Translations under genes and position numbers: made by a program | Shown: one piece after another, positions 1 through 11,460 of the stretch | Layout: the number at the start of each line of letters is the position of its first letter | Position numbering within the stretch: position 1 is the stretch's first letter | The notes under the pieces: model-generated | The model's database searches: none | The model's input: only the letters and a program-made list of their open reading frames with translations | What the model was told of the DNA's origin: nothing | From: Macrostomum lignano | Lineage: Eukaryota | NCBI GenBank assembly: GCA_002269645.1 | Contig: NIVC01000942.1 | Span: forward strand, 166,325-230,324 | DNA length: 64,000 nucleotides | Reading direction: 5' to 3'

Positions 1-1773
1 CACCGTCTGGCAGGCGACGCTGCGCACAGCCGGCGTCTCCGGCCGGCGCTGGGGATCGTCCTCGAAGAACACGCCGCCGTCCATGTATGCCTCCGGGCTG
101 GGTGCGTTGAATTGTTTTCGATACATATCGGCAATTAAAAACAATTGTCGAATCAAGTTTGATCCGGGAAATCTACTCCATCCCAATGGTAAGAAAACTG
201 GCGGTAAAATAAACACCACAATGTTACTTTTGCAGCATGCAGTTAATCGATATTAATACCCGATTTTCGATACATATCGGCAACAGAAAGCATGAATCCA
301 ATAAAGCTTTTTGCGCATAGCCCAATAATAAATTTTCGATACATATCGGCTATGATCATCTTTTAATGCAGCTGGAGCCACTCTTATTCTTCATCAATGG
401 CTGTTAACTTCAACTCACCGAGTGGTCGCCAGCACCACATCCGGCGGCACGCCCTGCATGAACGGGATGATTGGCCGGCGGAAGAACAGCGCCCGATTCT
501 TGCCGGTCACATGAGCGTCCTGATAGTGGCGGGCCGGAATCTCCACGGACGGGTCATAGTTGAACCTGTTGTTAGGGAGGCGAAATGTGTTTTCCTTAAA
601 AGTAGCACGCCCTTGGCATTAGACTATATAATGCCAATGCTTGAATGTTAAGAGAGGCCCCAAATAGTTTTCAACCGCGACGCGGAATCGAACCCAGGAA
701 ATCCCACGCGAGAGTCAGACGCGTTACCGCTCAGCCACTGAGCCCCACCCCTAGCGAGTATGATGATTATGCTATTTGGTGCACAGAACTCTGGCTACGA
801 ACTTTTTGTAGCGAATCAGAGCGTCGCGGGCCTGGTCGGCGTAGCCCTTCCACTGCCGGTTGACGAATTTCGGCACCGGGTCGTGCTGGGAGATGCGCAG
901 CTGCAGGCGCGGATAGTGGCGCAGGTCGCTGAACATGCTCCCCTGCACCGGCACGCGTTGCTGAGGAGAAAGGAGAGTGAGTGGCGATGGAGAAAGGTTT
1001 GGTGAGCACAAAGACGCACAGGGACTTTCTCTTTTTACTGGTAACCCTGGTACCTAATTTACAGCTGGGTGAACTGAAGTAGTGCAGTTGTCTTGCTCAA
1101 GAACACAAATTGTTCCGAATGGGTCGAGCTCGAGAATCGAAACCCCGACATTTCAGTCGTGAGTCCGATGCTCTAAACCAGGGGCCGGAAAATGCCGGCC
1201 CGCGAACTTCAGGTTTGTGTCTCGTCTCAGCTGTCTTTCATTTTTCTCCTCTCCTCTCCTCTCTCCCCTGATCTTCCTTCTCCTCTCTCTTCTTATCTCC
1301 CTCTCTTCTCTATCCCCTCCTCTCTCCAGTCCTTCCCCCTCTCCTCTCATCTCCCCTCCTTCATCTCGAGGCGTCTCCTCTCCTCTCCGACCCCTGCTCT
1401 AACCGCTAGGCTACAAACCCGCATCTTAATATGTAGCGTGGTACCACTGAGCTGATTCTACATGAATCTTAAATAAATCTCAGTGGTCTGAAACTCTTAG
1501 GCAGGCTAATAAACAGCTTAGAAAATTCTCCGGGATCTTACTAGTCGCTGGCTGCTCGTGTACGCCTGGAAGGTGGCCCTGGCATGGTCCCGAACGCTGG
1601 ATGTAGTGTGCACGGGATCTGCAGGGAGGATGGTTGCAGTGAGTGAGGAAGAAGCCACATCACATTGAGCTTGAGGTCTTATGACTGGCAGCCTTACCAT
1701 AAAGATAGTCAAATGGTCGAGCCTCGTTCACAGCATGACTGCGCTGTATTGTCTGAGTCTGTGACTGAGCCAT
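1..1773 (-). CDS. CFAP91: Cilia- and flagella-associated protein 91 (MAATS1 family), 5' part; exons 1773-1698, 1618-1542, 960-803, 565-419, 97-<1
   Basis: Spliced translation MAQSQTQTIQRSHAVNEARPFDYLYDPVHTTSSVRDHARATFQAYTSSQRLQRVPVQGSMFSDLRHYPRLQLRISQHDPVPKFVNRQWKG...VTGKNRALFFRRPIIPF matches recalled CFAP91 motifs (YDFLYDP, MFSNLIHYPR, DPVPPFISREWKG, VTGKNRYKYFERPFLPF). All four introns are GT-AG with consistent phases (1,0,2,2). Confidence 0.93.
645..752 (-). mobile_element. tRNA-derived SINE head or tRNA pseudogene fragment in CFAP91 intron 3
   Basis: Minus strand carries Pol III A box TGGCTGAGCGG and B box GGTTCGATTCC at tRNA-like spacing; acceptor and T stems do not pair, so it is not a functional tRNA. 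Confidence 0.6.
1030..1419 (-). mobile_element. tRNA-headed CORE-type SINE, interrupted by a hAT-like MITE
   Basis: After removing 1179-1396 and one target-site copy, the minus strand reads GTAGCCTAGCGGTTAGAGCATCGGACTCACGACTGAAATGTCGGGGTTTCGATTCTC (A and B boxes), then TGTGTTCTTGAGCAAGAC...CTTCAGTTCACCCAGCTGTAAATT, resembling the MIR CORE domain. A second copy lies at about 34530-34740. Confidence 0.75.
1179..1396. mobile_element. hAT (Charlie-like) MITE with CT-rich interior
   Basis: Termini CAGGGGCCGGAAA and (reverse complement) CAGGGGTCGGAGA; 8-bp flanking duplication CTCTAAAC (1171-1178) / CTCTAACC (1397-1404). Confidence 0.75.
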
Positions 1774-2863
1774 CAGCAATCGAACAAGTCAGTCTGGAAT
1801 CGCAATCAAGTTTCCGATTGATTAATCATGTTTAAATGCCAATTAGGTCAAGCATACGACTGGTAAAATAACAGCACGAGCGTATGCACACTTGCTCTCG
1901 AGAATTTAATAAGCAGACTAACAGACAGGGTTAAAGTTCAGCCCCAGCTTCTGTTCAATTCTGGGGCCTTGACAGCTAAAATTAGGTCATGCAATCAGTT
2001 TATTAAAGATAGAAGAACTTTACACAAAATGCCATAAAATTTCTTTGTAATTTTTTTATAATCACAGGCTGATGCACAGAAACATGAATTCCAGAAGACG
2101 ACTTGGTCAAAAAGCATAATTATTCATGTTATCAAATTGTCTGTATAGAGCAACTAGCAACTAGATATTTAACTAGTTTTACTGACGTATTTTGCCCCTG
2201 TAGAATAGAAAGCCAACATTGCTTTGAGTGCAGATTGGTGATCTAGTGACATTTCATCACATTTTTTAAATTAAAGGGATTTTTCGAATTCTTAAGATTA
2301 AAATATTACTATTCGTAAATTACTTCACAGATGCAAGTGCAGCTTTACTGTCAAGCATTGTTTTGCTTTCTAAGGCGCTATCAGAACTAAAAAATCCTGA
2401 TATATAAAGATGCATAAATAATTTTAAAAAGTATGACAGTGAATTTTCACAAAAAGGCTAGCCGCCTAACTCCTTATAGACCTCGAAACCCGTGCTCCTC
2501 CAGGCCCTAACAAAATCTCTTGTTTTTGTCACAACGGCAATGTTTTTCTTTTTCAAGTTTCTTAATTGTAAGCTGTTGAAAATAATTCCTACATAACAGC
2601 AAAAAGTTAGAAGAGACGAGACGATCCTAGTGACCTAGTCATGTAAAATATTTTGGTAAAAAATATTCAAAAATACGTGGAATCCATTATTCCATTGTTT
2701 TTATTGAAAAAAGCGAAACAACCGAAAACATAGACTACTTGGAGAAATTTTGCTTTAAGCGAACTAAATTTATCTCTTCTTAAAACTTATTATTTGAACG
2801 TTTTAAATGACTGCAAGCATAGGATTACCTTAGTACTTATCTTGAGCGAAGCAACTAATTTAC

Positions 2864-2867
<4 letters not shown>

Positions 2868-2901
<34 letters not shown>
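2868..2901. repeat. (GTA)n microsatellite
   Basis: About 11 direct GTA units. Confidence 0.95.
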
Positions 2902-3196
2902 AGTTGGCTCAGGCAAGAAGCCTGTTTGGCCAATATATTTCTATGTATTTAAGATTGCTTCAGGAATAGGAGACAATATTTTAGCACTAGTTATTTAATT
3001 ATGATTAGTACGAGTTTTGCAAAATGGTATTTGAAAGAACGCGGAAAAGTTATTAACGATACTTGGACGACTAACGAAGCGAAAGAAAAAGCAAGGAGTT
3101 AAAAAAAGTATTGCAGTTAATAAAAGTAAAAACGAAAGAAAAATGAACAAAAACGAAGCAAAAATTTGAACTAATTCGAATATAGGGAGCGATGGA

Positions 3197-3208
3197 TTGC
3201 CATGGCAA
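3197..3208. promoter_or_regulatory. Candidate RFX X-box in the CFAP91/GTF2H5 divergent intergenic region
   Basis: Perfect palindrome TTGCCATGGCAA, the core of the X-box consensus GTTGCCATGGCAAC (both outer bases mismatch). Confidence 0.35.
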
Positions 3209-3647
3209 ATTACAAAACGCTAAATATTGAAAAGAAAACAATTTTAAAAAACATTTAAAATTAAATCTCTTTATCTTTTAAGATACAAATAGTTTTGTCA
3301 AGAATTACTGTAGCTGTTTTGTTTTTTCTAGCTATAAATTTTTAAATATGCGTCTTCGTCGAAAGTTATAAATATAGCTCTAAAAACCGTTCGTCGTTGG
3401 TCCAGTCGGTTGGAGGATTAGCTGCTTGAATAAAAATTAAGTAGCCTATTCATTATTAGTACTAGAATCAATGTGTTTATCGAAGTTGCAGTATTCAGGT
3501 ATACAGTAAATATAATTAATAGTGTCGCTTTTATTTCCACCGAAAACAACTAATTCATAAAAGTATCAAAGTTTTTCCTGTAAATAATATTTTTTGCTTG
3601 ACATTTGATTTTGTTCCCCTTTTATAAACAATATTATCAGCAAAATA

Positions 3648-6083
3648 ATGGTCAACTATGTTAAAGGAACTCTAGTAAAATGGTAAGCAAGATAGATTCC
3701 TGACAGTAAGCCAAATGTCAATAAATATCAATTAACAATGATTAAAAAATATGCTATTTATAAGCTGTAAATTTTAATGTAAATTTGAGCTACACTGGAA
3801 TGAATTGAGTCACATTATAATATATGGTATATAGTCTTATTAAAATATTGCAAATCTGAAAAAAATATAGTGCTACTAGTTATTAGCATTAGTAACTTGA
3901 AAATATTATATTTACTAATTGGGAACTTTTTGGCTATCCTGCAGAATGGTTCATTATATTTACTGTACAAATATTTTTTTTAGCTATTGACATGAAACTT
4001 TCCAAAAATAAATATTTTCATTATGCCAACATTTTAGAAGTGTTTTGGCATTAAAATTCCATTTGTGGAGGGTTACAATTTAACTTTTATTGTAATTTCT
4101 AGGTTTTTCCCAGTTTTTTTTCAAATTTCAACCACTATTATGCAATTTTGAATTTTGTGTGCTGATGTCACTGGCAAAAAATGTGTCTATGGCCAAAATT
4201 AGCTATAAACTCTAGGGATATTATTGAGATAGAAATATATATTGTATTTAATATTTTTATATAAAAATTACCATAGTTTTTTCCATTTAAAGCATGGAAA
4301 GGTATTCTAAGACAATCAAGTTGAAGCTATATCCTTATTTTGTTAATTCTATTTATTTAGCAATTTGTTGAAATGATCAATCTTTTCTTGTTTATTGCTA
4401 ATGCCTTTTATCCAAGTGACTAATAGCTAACCTAAATACCAAGTTGCGGATGGTATGCATATACGCCGGAACTTTTCTGGCATACAAAATGGCCACAATT
4501 GGTGTACACAACCCCTGGCAAACTTTGTTGGCATACACTATTGGCGTACACAAGTAACATAGCCACACATACTTTTTCGGCGTACAAATTTTGATGAATA
4601 AATTCATGCTATGCATGAAAATTGTAATGTAAATTACATTTTTATGTAAAGTAACAGATTCATATCATTATTGATAAAATTTTGCTTCTTTTGAAATTAA
4701 CAATAAATAAAATTAGTGTGAATTTTTGCTAAGAGTATCAATTTTGCATCATATTTTTGTAGGTATAATTTAAGTTTGTTTAAATTTAAAATATTTATAA
4801 TATTTTAAAAACACTTTTCATACAAAAGCCTTTCTTAGAAAACTCTAGTCATGAACACTGAAAACTGTATTACCTTTTTAGGAATTTTTGGCGTACATTT
4901 TAGTGCAACATTTTGTTTTTGGCATACATTGGTATACAAAGTCCTTGACACCTAAATTTGGTCTGGCATACACGGATACATGATCCTCACACTGGCCTAA
5001 ATATGTAAAAAATGAAAGTATCATTTTATATACATAATGATATACAAAAATAATACTATAAAAATGGTGAACAGATAAATGTTTGCACTTTTTTATTATT
5101 TTTTATTCTACCATTTTTGTAGAAATGAGCTTCTTTAAAGGATCATAAAAATTGTATATGTATCAAGGTTCCTCAACCAAAAAGTTACATATTGGAGACA
5201 TCCAACTTTCTATTTGGATACTAATTTTGCTGCTCAGGTTTAGATTTAGCAAGTATATCTAATTATTGAAGAGTATAAATAAAATTAAAGTTATGTTATT
5301 ATATTGTATTAATTTTCTATATTTATATATAATAGTATTATAAATAAAAATGTTAATTATTGACCACATAGGTTAAAAAATGCAAAAATACAATAAAATG
5401 GCAACATTTCTACCCTTGAATTTACTTTGTTAAGTCTCTCTTACCCATATAAATCATCAACTATAGACTTCATATTTATAGAGTGCTCAAAAATAACAAT
5501 TTATATAGAAGTCCTAAAGTTGCAAGAATCCAAATAATTATCTATTTTTTATACTTTATATGAAATATAAAATAAAATAAAATATGGAAATTAAGTAAAT
5601 GGCATTTAGCTTAGAAAAAACTAAGTGCACAAAATCAGAATGTCAGAAATAGCTTAAATACCATTGTTATAATACAAAAATCATAGCATGTTTTGTTGAC
5701 TAAGATTAGGCCTGTCATTTAAGAACTTGTTTGTCCAATTGTTATTATATAATAAAATTATTGTCTTATAGATGAAAAAATTGATCCTAATTAGACAGTC
5801 AGTACTTTTTTAAATTTATGCTATGTAGCAAGTAAAAGTATGGTAATTTCCTATACCAAATTTGACCAGTCACTGTCAAATTTCTCACTGTTTTAGTGAC
5901 CCAGCAATGAAGCAACTCCTGTTGCACTTGTCTGAGTCTCACGCGCTTGGCAAAGCCTTTGTTGTTGCCGACCTGGATGAGGAGCACCTGTTTGTTGAGA
6001 CGGCTATGGTTGATAAGATCAAAGAGAAGCTGGCGTCCGAGATGGACCGGATTTCTTACACTCCATCGAGTGTTTATGAATGA
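3648..6083 (+). CDS. GTF2H5: TFIIH subunit p8/TTDA (Tfb5); exons 3648-3682, 5897-6083; 73 aa
   Basis: MVNYVKGTLVKC|DPAMKQLLLHLSESHALGKAFVVADLDEEHLFVE matches recalled [45 protein letters not shown]. Phase-2 GTAAGC...TTTTAG intron; exons total 222 nt. Confidence 0.96.
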
Positions 6084-6414
6084 ATGACTTTGTTATTGAT
6101 GAAAAAACTGTTGTAAAGTGATTTCATTCTGTACTCATATTTGCTTCTAATGTTGCATTTGCATTTCGGTGTGTGTAAAAAATGATTTAGAGATCAAATA
6201 ACCCTTTGCCATTGGACTCTGCTTATTTCTTATACACCTAGATATATGCCTAGAAAGAATAATAGCAGGGACAGAGGCGCCTAGTCTGTATAGGGGGCTC
6301 CGGACACACCTGATGCAGAGGCATTGCCACATGTTATGGCAGGAGAGGGAGGCTGAAAAGTTACACAAGTTTTAGCGCGAACAGCAACCCTTTTAGCTCT
6401 TGCTCTGGCCCTCT

Positions 6415-7112
6415 TTTTGACGCCCCTTGGCACTCATTTGAAACCCCTGGCATTCCGTTTTGGCGCCCCCATGGCACTCATTTGAAACCCCTGGCATTCC
6501 GTTTTGGCGCCCCTTTGGCACTCATTTTGGCGCCCCCTTGGCACTCCGTTTTGGCGCCCCTTTGGCACTCATTTTGGCGCCCCCTTGGCACTCCGTTTTT
6601 GCGCCTCCTTGGAACTCATTTTGGCGCCCCATCGGCACTCATTTGGCGCCCCATCGGCACTCATTTTGGCGCCCCTTGGCACTCATTTTGGCGCCCCTTT
6701 GGCACTTATTTGGCGCCCTATCGGCACTCATTTGGCGCCCCATCGGCACTCATTTTGGCGCTCCCTTGGCACTCATTTGGCGCCCTATCGGCACTCATTT
6801 GGCGCCCCTTGGCACTCATTTTGGCGCCCCCTTGGCACTCATTTGGCGCCCCATCGGCACTCATTTGGCGCCCCTTGGCACTCATTTGGCGCCCCCTTGG
6901 CACTCATTTGGCGCCCCCTTGGCACTCATTTGGCGCCCCTGGCACTCATTTGGCGCCCCTTTGGCACTCATTTGGCGCCCCTTGGCACTCATTTGGCGCC
7001 CCTTGGCACTCATTTGGCGCCCCTTTGGCACTCATTTGGCGCCCCCTTGGCACTCATTTGGCGCCCCTGGCACTCATTTGGCGCCCCTTTGGCACTCATT
7101 TGGCGCCCCTTG
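6415..7112. repeat. Minisatellite, ~20-22-bp unit GGCACTCATTTGGCGCCCCTT
   Basis: About 30 direct units; source of ORFs 6460-7208; same family as 63705-64000 in the opposite orientation. Confidence 0.95.
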
Positions 7113-7291
7113 GCCTTCTTGGCGTCTCCGAGAGAAAGACGGTCAATTTTTTCTGTGTTACAATGCTTGATAAACTTCATAAACACGTGGCGCAAAAATG
7201 AAAAATAAAAATAGAATCCCAAATATTGCAATAACAGAATCCCTAATCTTTCAAAAACATCTTCAAAATCTTCAGCAGCAGCAGCAGCTAA

Positions 7292-9467
7292 ATGGTTGTC
7301 TACCTGGACTCGAACAGCCGTCCACTGTCCAGCACGGATCTGTCCAGTCCTAAGTCGGCCCTGTCCACCGTCCTGTCCTGTCCGGCGCTTGCCCAATCGG
7401 CGCTCCGCTTGGTGTCGACGCCGCCGATTCAGGCTGGGCCGGCCGGCCTGCTCTACCTGCACCAGCGCGAGTGCGCCTTCGTCCGCCGGACAGATCCGGC
7501 CGTCCAGCTGCTGGCCTCGGACGATGCCACCACCTGTCATTTGGTTGCCGTGCGAAATCCGGCCACGGGCGACACCCTGCTGTGCCACTTTGATGGCGCC
7601 GGCGCCAGCAGTCTTGTCTTCATTGTCGATGAGCGCTTCTGCGGCTCCGGCAGCAGCGGCTCGGTCGAACTGGACCTGCACCTGGTCGGCGGCTTCCCCG
7701 ACTCCCGTGGCGAGTCCGCTTCGCTCACCCAAGAACTGCTGCAGGCTTTTCGTCGCTCCCGGCTTCGCTTCCGGTTGCGCACCGCCTGCTTGGCGCCGAG
7801 TAATGGCGCCAGGCGCGGCGCGGACAACCTCGTGTATCCGGTGATCACTGGGCTGGTGATGTCCGTTGCCGATGGCTCGCTGACGCCCGCCAAGGTGCCG
7901 CTGCCTGTCCGAGGGCCCTGGCAGGCGTTGCGCGGACTGCGGTTTCTGAGCCGCGAGGAAGTCGTGTTTGAGGTCTGTCGGCAGAGTGGAACTCTGGTTG
8001 GGGCTTGGCGTCGTCTGTTTGTTAGAGTTTGTCGTGAGAGCAGCTATTCTGAAATCCTTGAATAGTTGCTACTTGAATGTGAGGATATCCATTTTCAGTT
8101 CGTTTAAAAAATCGTCTCAGAATTCCTCTGAAATTCACCTCGGAATTCTTCTGAAATTCACCTCGGAATTCTTCTGAAATTCACCTCGGAATTCTTCTGA
8201 AATTCACCTCGGAATTCTTCTGAAATTCACCTCGGAATTCTTCTGAAATTCACCTCGGAATTCTTCTGAAATTCACCTCGGAATTCTTCTGAAATTCACC
8301 TCGGAATTCTTCTGAAATTCACCTCGGAATTCTTCTGAAATTCACCTCGGAATTCTTCTGAAATTCACCTCGGAATTCTTCTGAAATTCACCTCGGAATT
8401 CTTTTGAAATTCACCTCGGAATTCTTCTGAAATTCGCCTCAGAATTCTTCTGAAATTCGCCTCGGAATTCTTCTGAAATTCGCCTCAGAATTCTTCTGAA
8501 ATTCGCCTCAGAATTCTTCTGAAATTCGCCTCGGAATTCTTCTGAAATTCGCCTCAGAATTCTTCTGAAATTCACCTCGGGATTCTTCTGAAATTCGCCT
8601 CGGAATTCTTCTGAAATTCGCCTCAGAATTCATCTGAAATTCACCTCAGAATTCTTTAGAAATTCACCTCGAAATTCTTCTGAAATTCACCTCGGAATTC
8701 TTCTGAAATTCACCTCAGAATTCTTTAGAAATTCACCTCGGAATTCTTCTGAAATTCACCTCGGAATTCTTCTGAAATTCACCTCGGAATTCTTCTGAAA
8801 TTCGCCTCAATTCATCTGAGATTCGCCTCAGAATTCATCTGAGATTCGCCTCAGAATTCATCTGAAATTTGCCTCAGAATTCATCTGAGATTCGCCTCAG
8901 AATTCATCTGAGATTTGCCTCAGAATTCATCTGAGATTTGCCTCAGAATTCATCTGAAATTTGCCTCAGAATTCATCTGAAATTTGCCTCAGAATTCATC
9001 TGAAATTTGCCTCAGAATTCATCTGAGATTTGCCTCAGAATTCATCTGAAATTTGCCTCAGAATTCATCTGAGATTCGCCTCAGAATTCATCTGAAATTC
9101 GCTTCTAACTTTTAACTGCCAGTGAATGTGCTGAGAAGCCCAATTGCTAACTTATTGCACAATGCCTCAGGTGTACGATCCAGACAGTCACTGCCTGGTG
9201 CTGCGACCCTTTGACTACAGCGGCAGCCAGATATTCGACGCTTATGCGGACGCGCCTGATTCGGCCTTGGCTAAATTGTCAACTTCGCCGCGTCAAGAGC
9301 CGCCACACTTTGTTGCCAACCTGCGCCAGGCGCTGCGATTCGGCCGAGCTAACAAGCGGCCGGCTCGGCAGGTGTTTCATCTGGGAGACATTGTTGAACG
9401 GCCGCTGCCTGGCGGCCTGTGGCAGCACGGAGCTGGGGCTGCGGAGTCCGACTTGAAGACTGCATGA
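7292..9467 (+). CDS. NTAN1: Protein N-terminal asparagine amidohydrolase; exons 7292-7972, 9171-9467; 325 aa
   Basis: Motifs GLLYLHQRE, LASDDATTCH (catalytic Cys), HLVGGF, VYD, LSTSPRQEPPHFV match recalled NTAN1; phase-0 GT-AG intron. Confidence 0.95.
8116..9102. repeat. 23-bp minisatellite CCTCGGAATTCTTCTGAAATTCA grading into GCCTCAGAATTCATCTGAGATT(C/T), in the NTAN1 intron
   Basis: About 43 direct units with a left-to-right variant gradient. Confidence 0.95.
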
Positions 9468-9486
9468 TCCAGGACTGCCGACCGTC

Positions 9487-10540
9487 TGTGCTGAGGGTCC
9501 TGAGGGGGAGTAGCGGCAGTGTGCTGAGGGTCCTGAGGGGAGGGGGGGGTAGCGGCAGTGTGCTGAGGGTCCTGAGGGGAGGGGGGGTAGCGGCAGTGTT
9601 CTGAGGTTCCTGAGGGGAGGGGGGTAGCGGCAGTGTGCTGAGGGTCCTGAGGGGGGGTAGCGGCAGTGTGCTGAGGGAGTAGCGGAAGTGTGCTGAGGGT
9701 CCTGAGGGGAGGGGGGGTAGCGGCAGTGTGCTGAGGGTCCTGATGGGGAGTAGCGACAGTGTGCTGAGGGTCCTGAGGGGGGGAGTAGCAGCTGTGTGCT
9801 GAGGGTCCTGATGGGGAGTAGCGGCAGTGTGCTGAGGGTCCTGAGGAGGGGTAGCGGCAGTTTGCCGAGGGTCCTGAGGAGGGGTAGCGGCAGTTTGCCG
9901 AGGGTCCTGAGGGTGAGTAGCGGCAGTGTGCTGAGGGTCCTGAGGAGGGGTAGCGGCAGTTTGCGGGTTGCCGAGGGTCCTGAGGAGGAGTAGCGGCAGT
10001 GTGCTGAGGGTCCTGAGGGTGAGTAGCGGCAGTTTGCCGAGGGTCCTGAGGAGGGGTAGCGGCAGTTTGCCGAGGGTCCTGAGGGTGAGTAGCGGCAGTG
10101 TGCTGAGGGTCCTGAGGAGGGGTAGCGGCAGTTTGCGGGTTGCCGAGGGTCCTGAGGAGGAGTAGCGGCAGTGTGCTGAGGGTCCTGAGGGTGAGTAGCG
10201 GCAGTGTGCTGAGGGTCCTGAGGAGGGAGTAGCGGCAGTGTGCTGAGGGTCCTTGGGGAGTAGCGGCAGTGTGCTGAGGGTCCTGAGGGGGTAGCGGCAG
10301 TGTGCTGAGGGTCCTGAGGGAGTAGCGGCAGTGTGCTGAGGGTCCTGAGGGAGTAGCGGCAGTGTGCTGAGGGTCCTGAGGGAGTAGCGGCAGTGTGCTG
10401 AGGAAGTAGCGGCAGTGTGCTGAGGGTCCTGAGGGAGTAGCGGCAGTGTGCTGAGGGTCCTGAGAGGGGGGTAGCGGCAGTGTGCTGAGGGTCCTGAGGG
10501 GGGAGTAGCGGCAGTGTGCTGAGGGTCCTGAGGGGGGAGC
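9487..10540. repeat. G-rich minisatellite, ~30-35-bp unit GTAGCGGCAGTGTGCTGAGGGTCCTGAGGG, just after the NTAN1 stop
   Basis: Direct units with variable G-run length; source of ORF 9349-10569. Confidence 0.95.
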
Positions 10541-10883
10541 TGCAGTGTGTTTTTATTTATACTATACAAGTAAATTTATTTATTTACTTTATATCTTGCT
10601 TCGCTAAGCTGATTACTCTTTGTAAGAACAACAGGCGACAATTTCGTTTGCGTTTTGCGCGTAATTTTAGCAGCTTGGGTGTTTTTGCTTAGCCTTGAAG
10701 AAGTTTGTTATTCCTGTAAGCGGCACTTCTACGGTATTGTCTTTCATTTTCAGTAATAATAGATTCTCTATATATTAATAAAACTTTTGATAAGTTACTT
10801 GATTTTGCATTTACTTTTTTTCTGTTTTGATTGTTGTCACACTTCGCATACACTCGATAGCTGACTTGTTCTTGTTACCATTT

Positions 10884-11448
10884 AGTGATGCAGTCACACC
10901 CAGCCTCCAGAGATGCAGTCACACCTAGCCTCCAGAGATACAGTCAGACCCAGCCTCCAGTGATGCAGTCACCCCAGCCTCCAGAGATGCAGTCACACTC
11001 AGCCTCCAGTGATGCAGTCATCCCAGCCTCCAGAGATGCAGTCACACCCAGCCTCCAGAGATGCAGTCACACCTAGCCTCCAGAGATGCAGTCACCCCCA
11101 GCCTCCAGAGATGCAGTCACCCCCAGCCTCCAGAGATGCAGTCACCCCAGCCTCCAGAGATGCAGTCACCCCCAGCCTCCAGTGGTGCAGTCACCCCAGC
11201 CTCCAGAGATGCAGTCACACTCAGCCTCCAGTGATGCAGTCACCCCAGCCTCCAGAGATGCAGTCACATCTAGTCTCCAGTGATGCAGCCACCCCAGCCT
11301 CCAGTGATGCAGTCACCCCAGCCTCCAGTGATGCAGTCACCCCAGCCTCCAGTGATGCAGCCACCCCCAGCCTCCAGTGATGCAGTCACCCCCAGCCTCC
11401 AGTGATGCAGTCACCCCCAGCCTCCAGTGATGCAGTCACCCCAGCCTG
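10884..11448. repeat. 24-25-bp minisatellite CCAGCCTCCAG(A/T)GATGCAGTCACC immediately upstream of the THOC7 ATG
   Basis: About 23 direct units. Confidence 0.95.
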
Positions 11449-11460
11449 CAACGATGCACC

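Noticed and set aside
690-750. Functional tRNA gene
   Set aside because: A and B boxes are present, but the acceptor and T stems do not pair.
6460-7208. Three overlapping ~235-aa ORFs
   Set aside because: Translations of a minisatellite open in all three frames.
9349-10569. 406-aa Pro-rich minus-strand ORF
   Set aside because: Translation of the G-rich array plus antisense of the NTAN1 exon.
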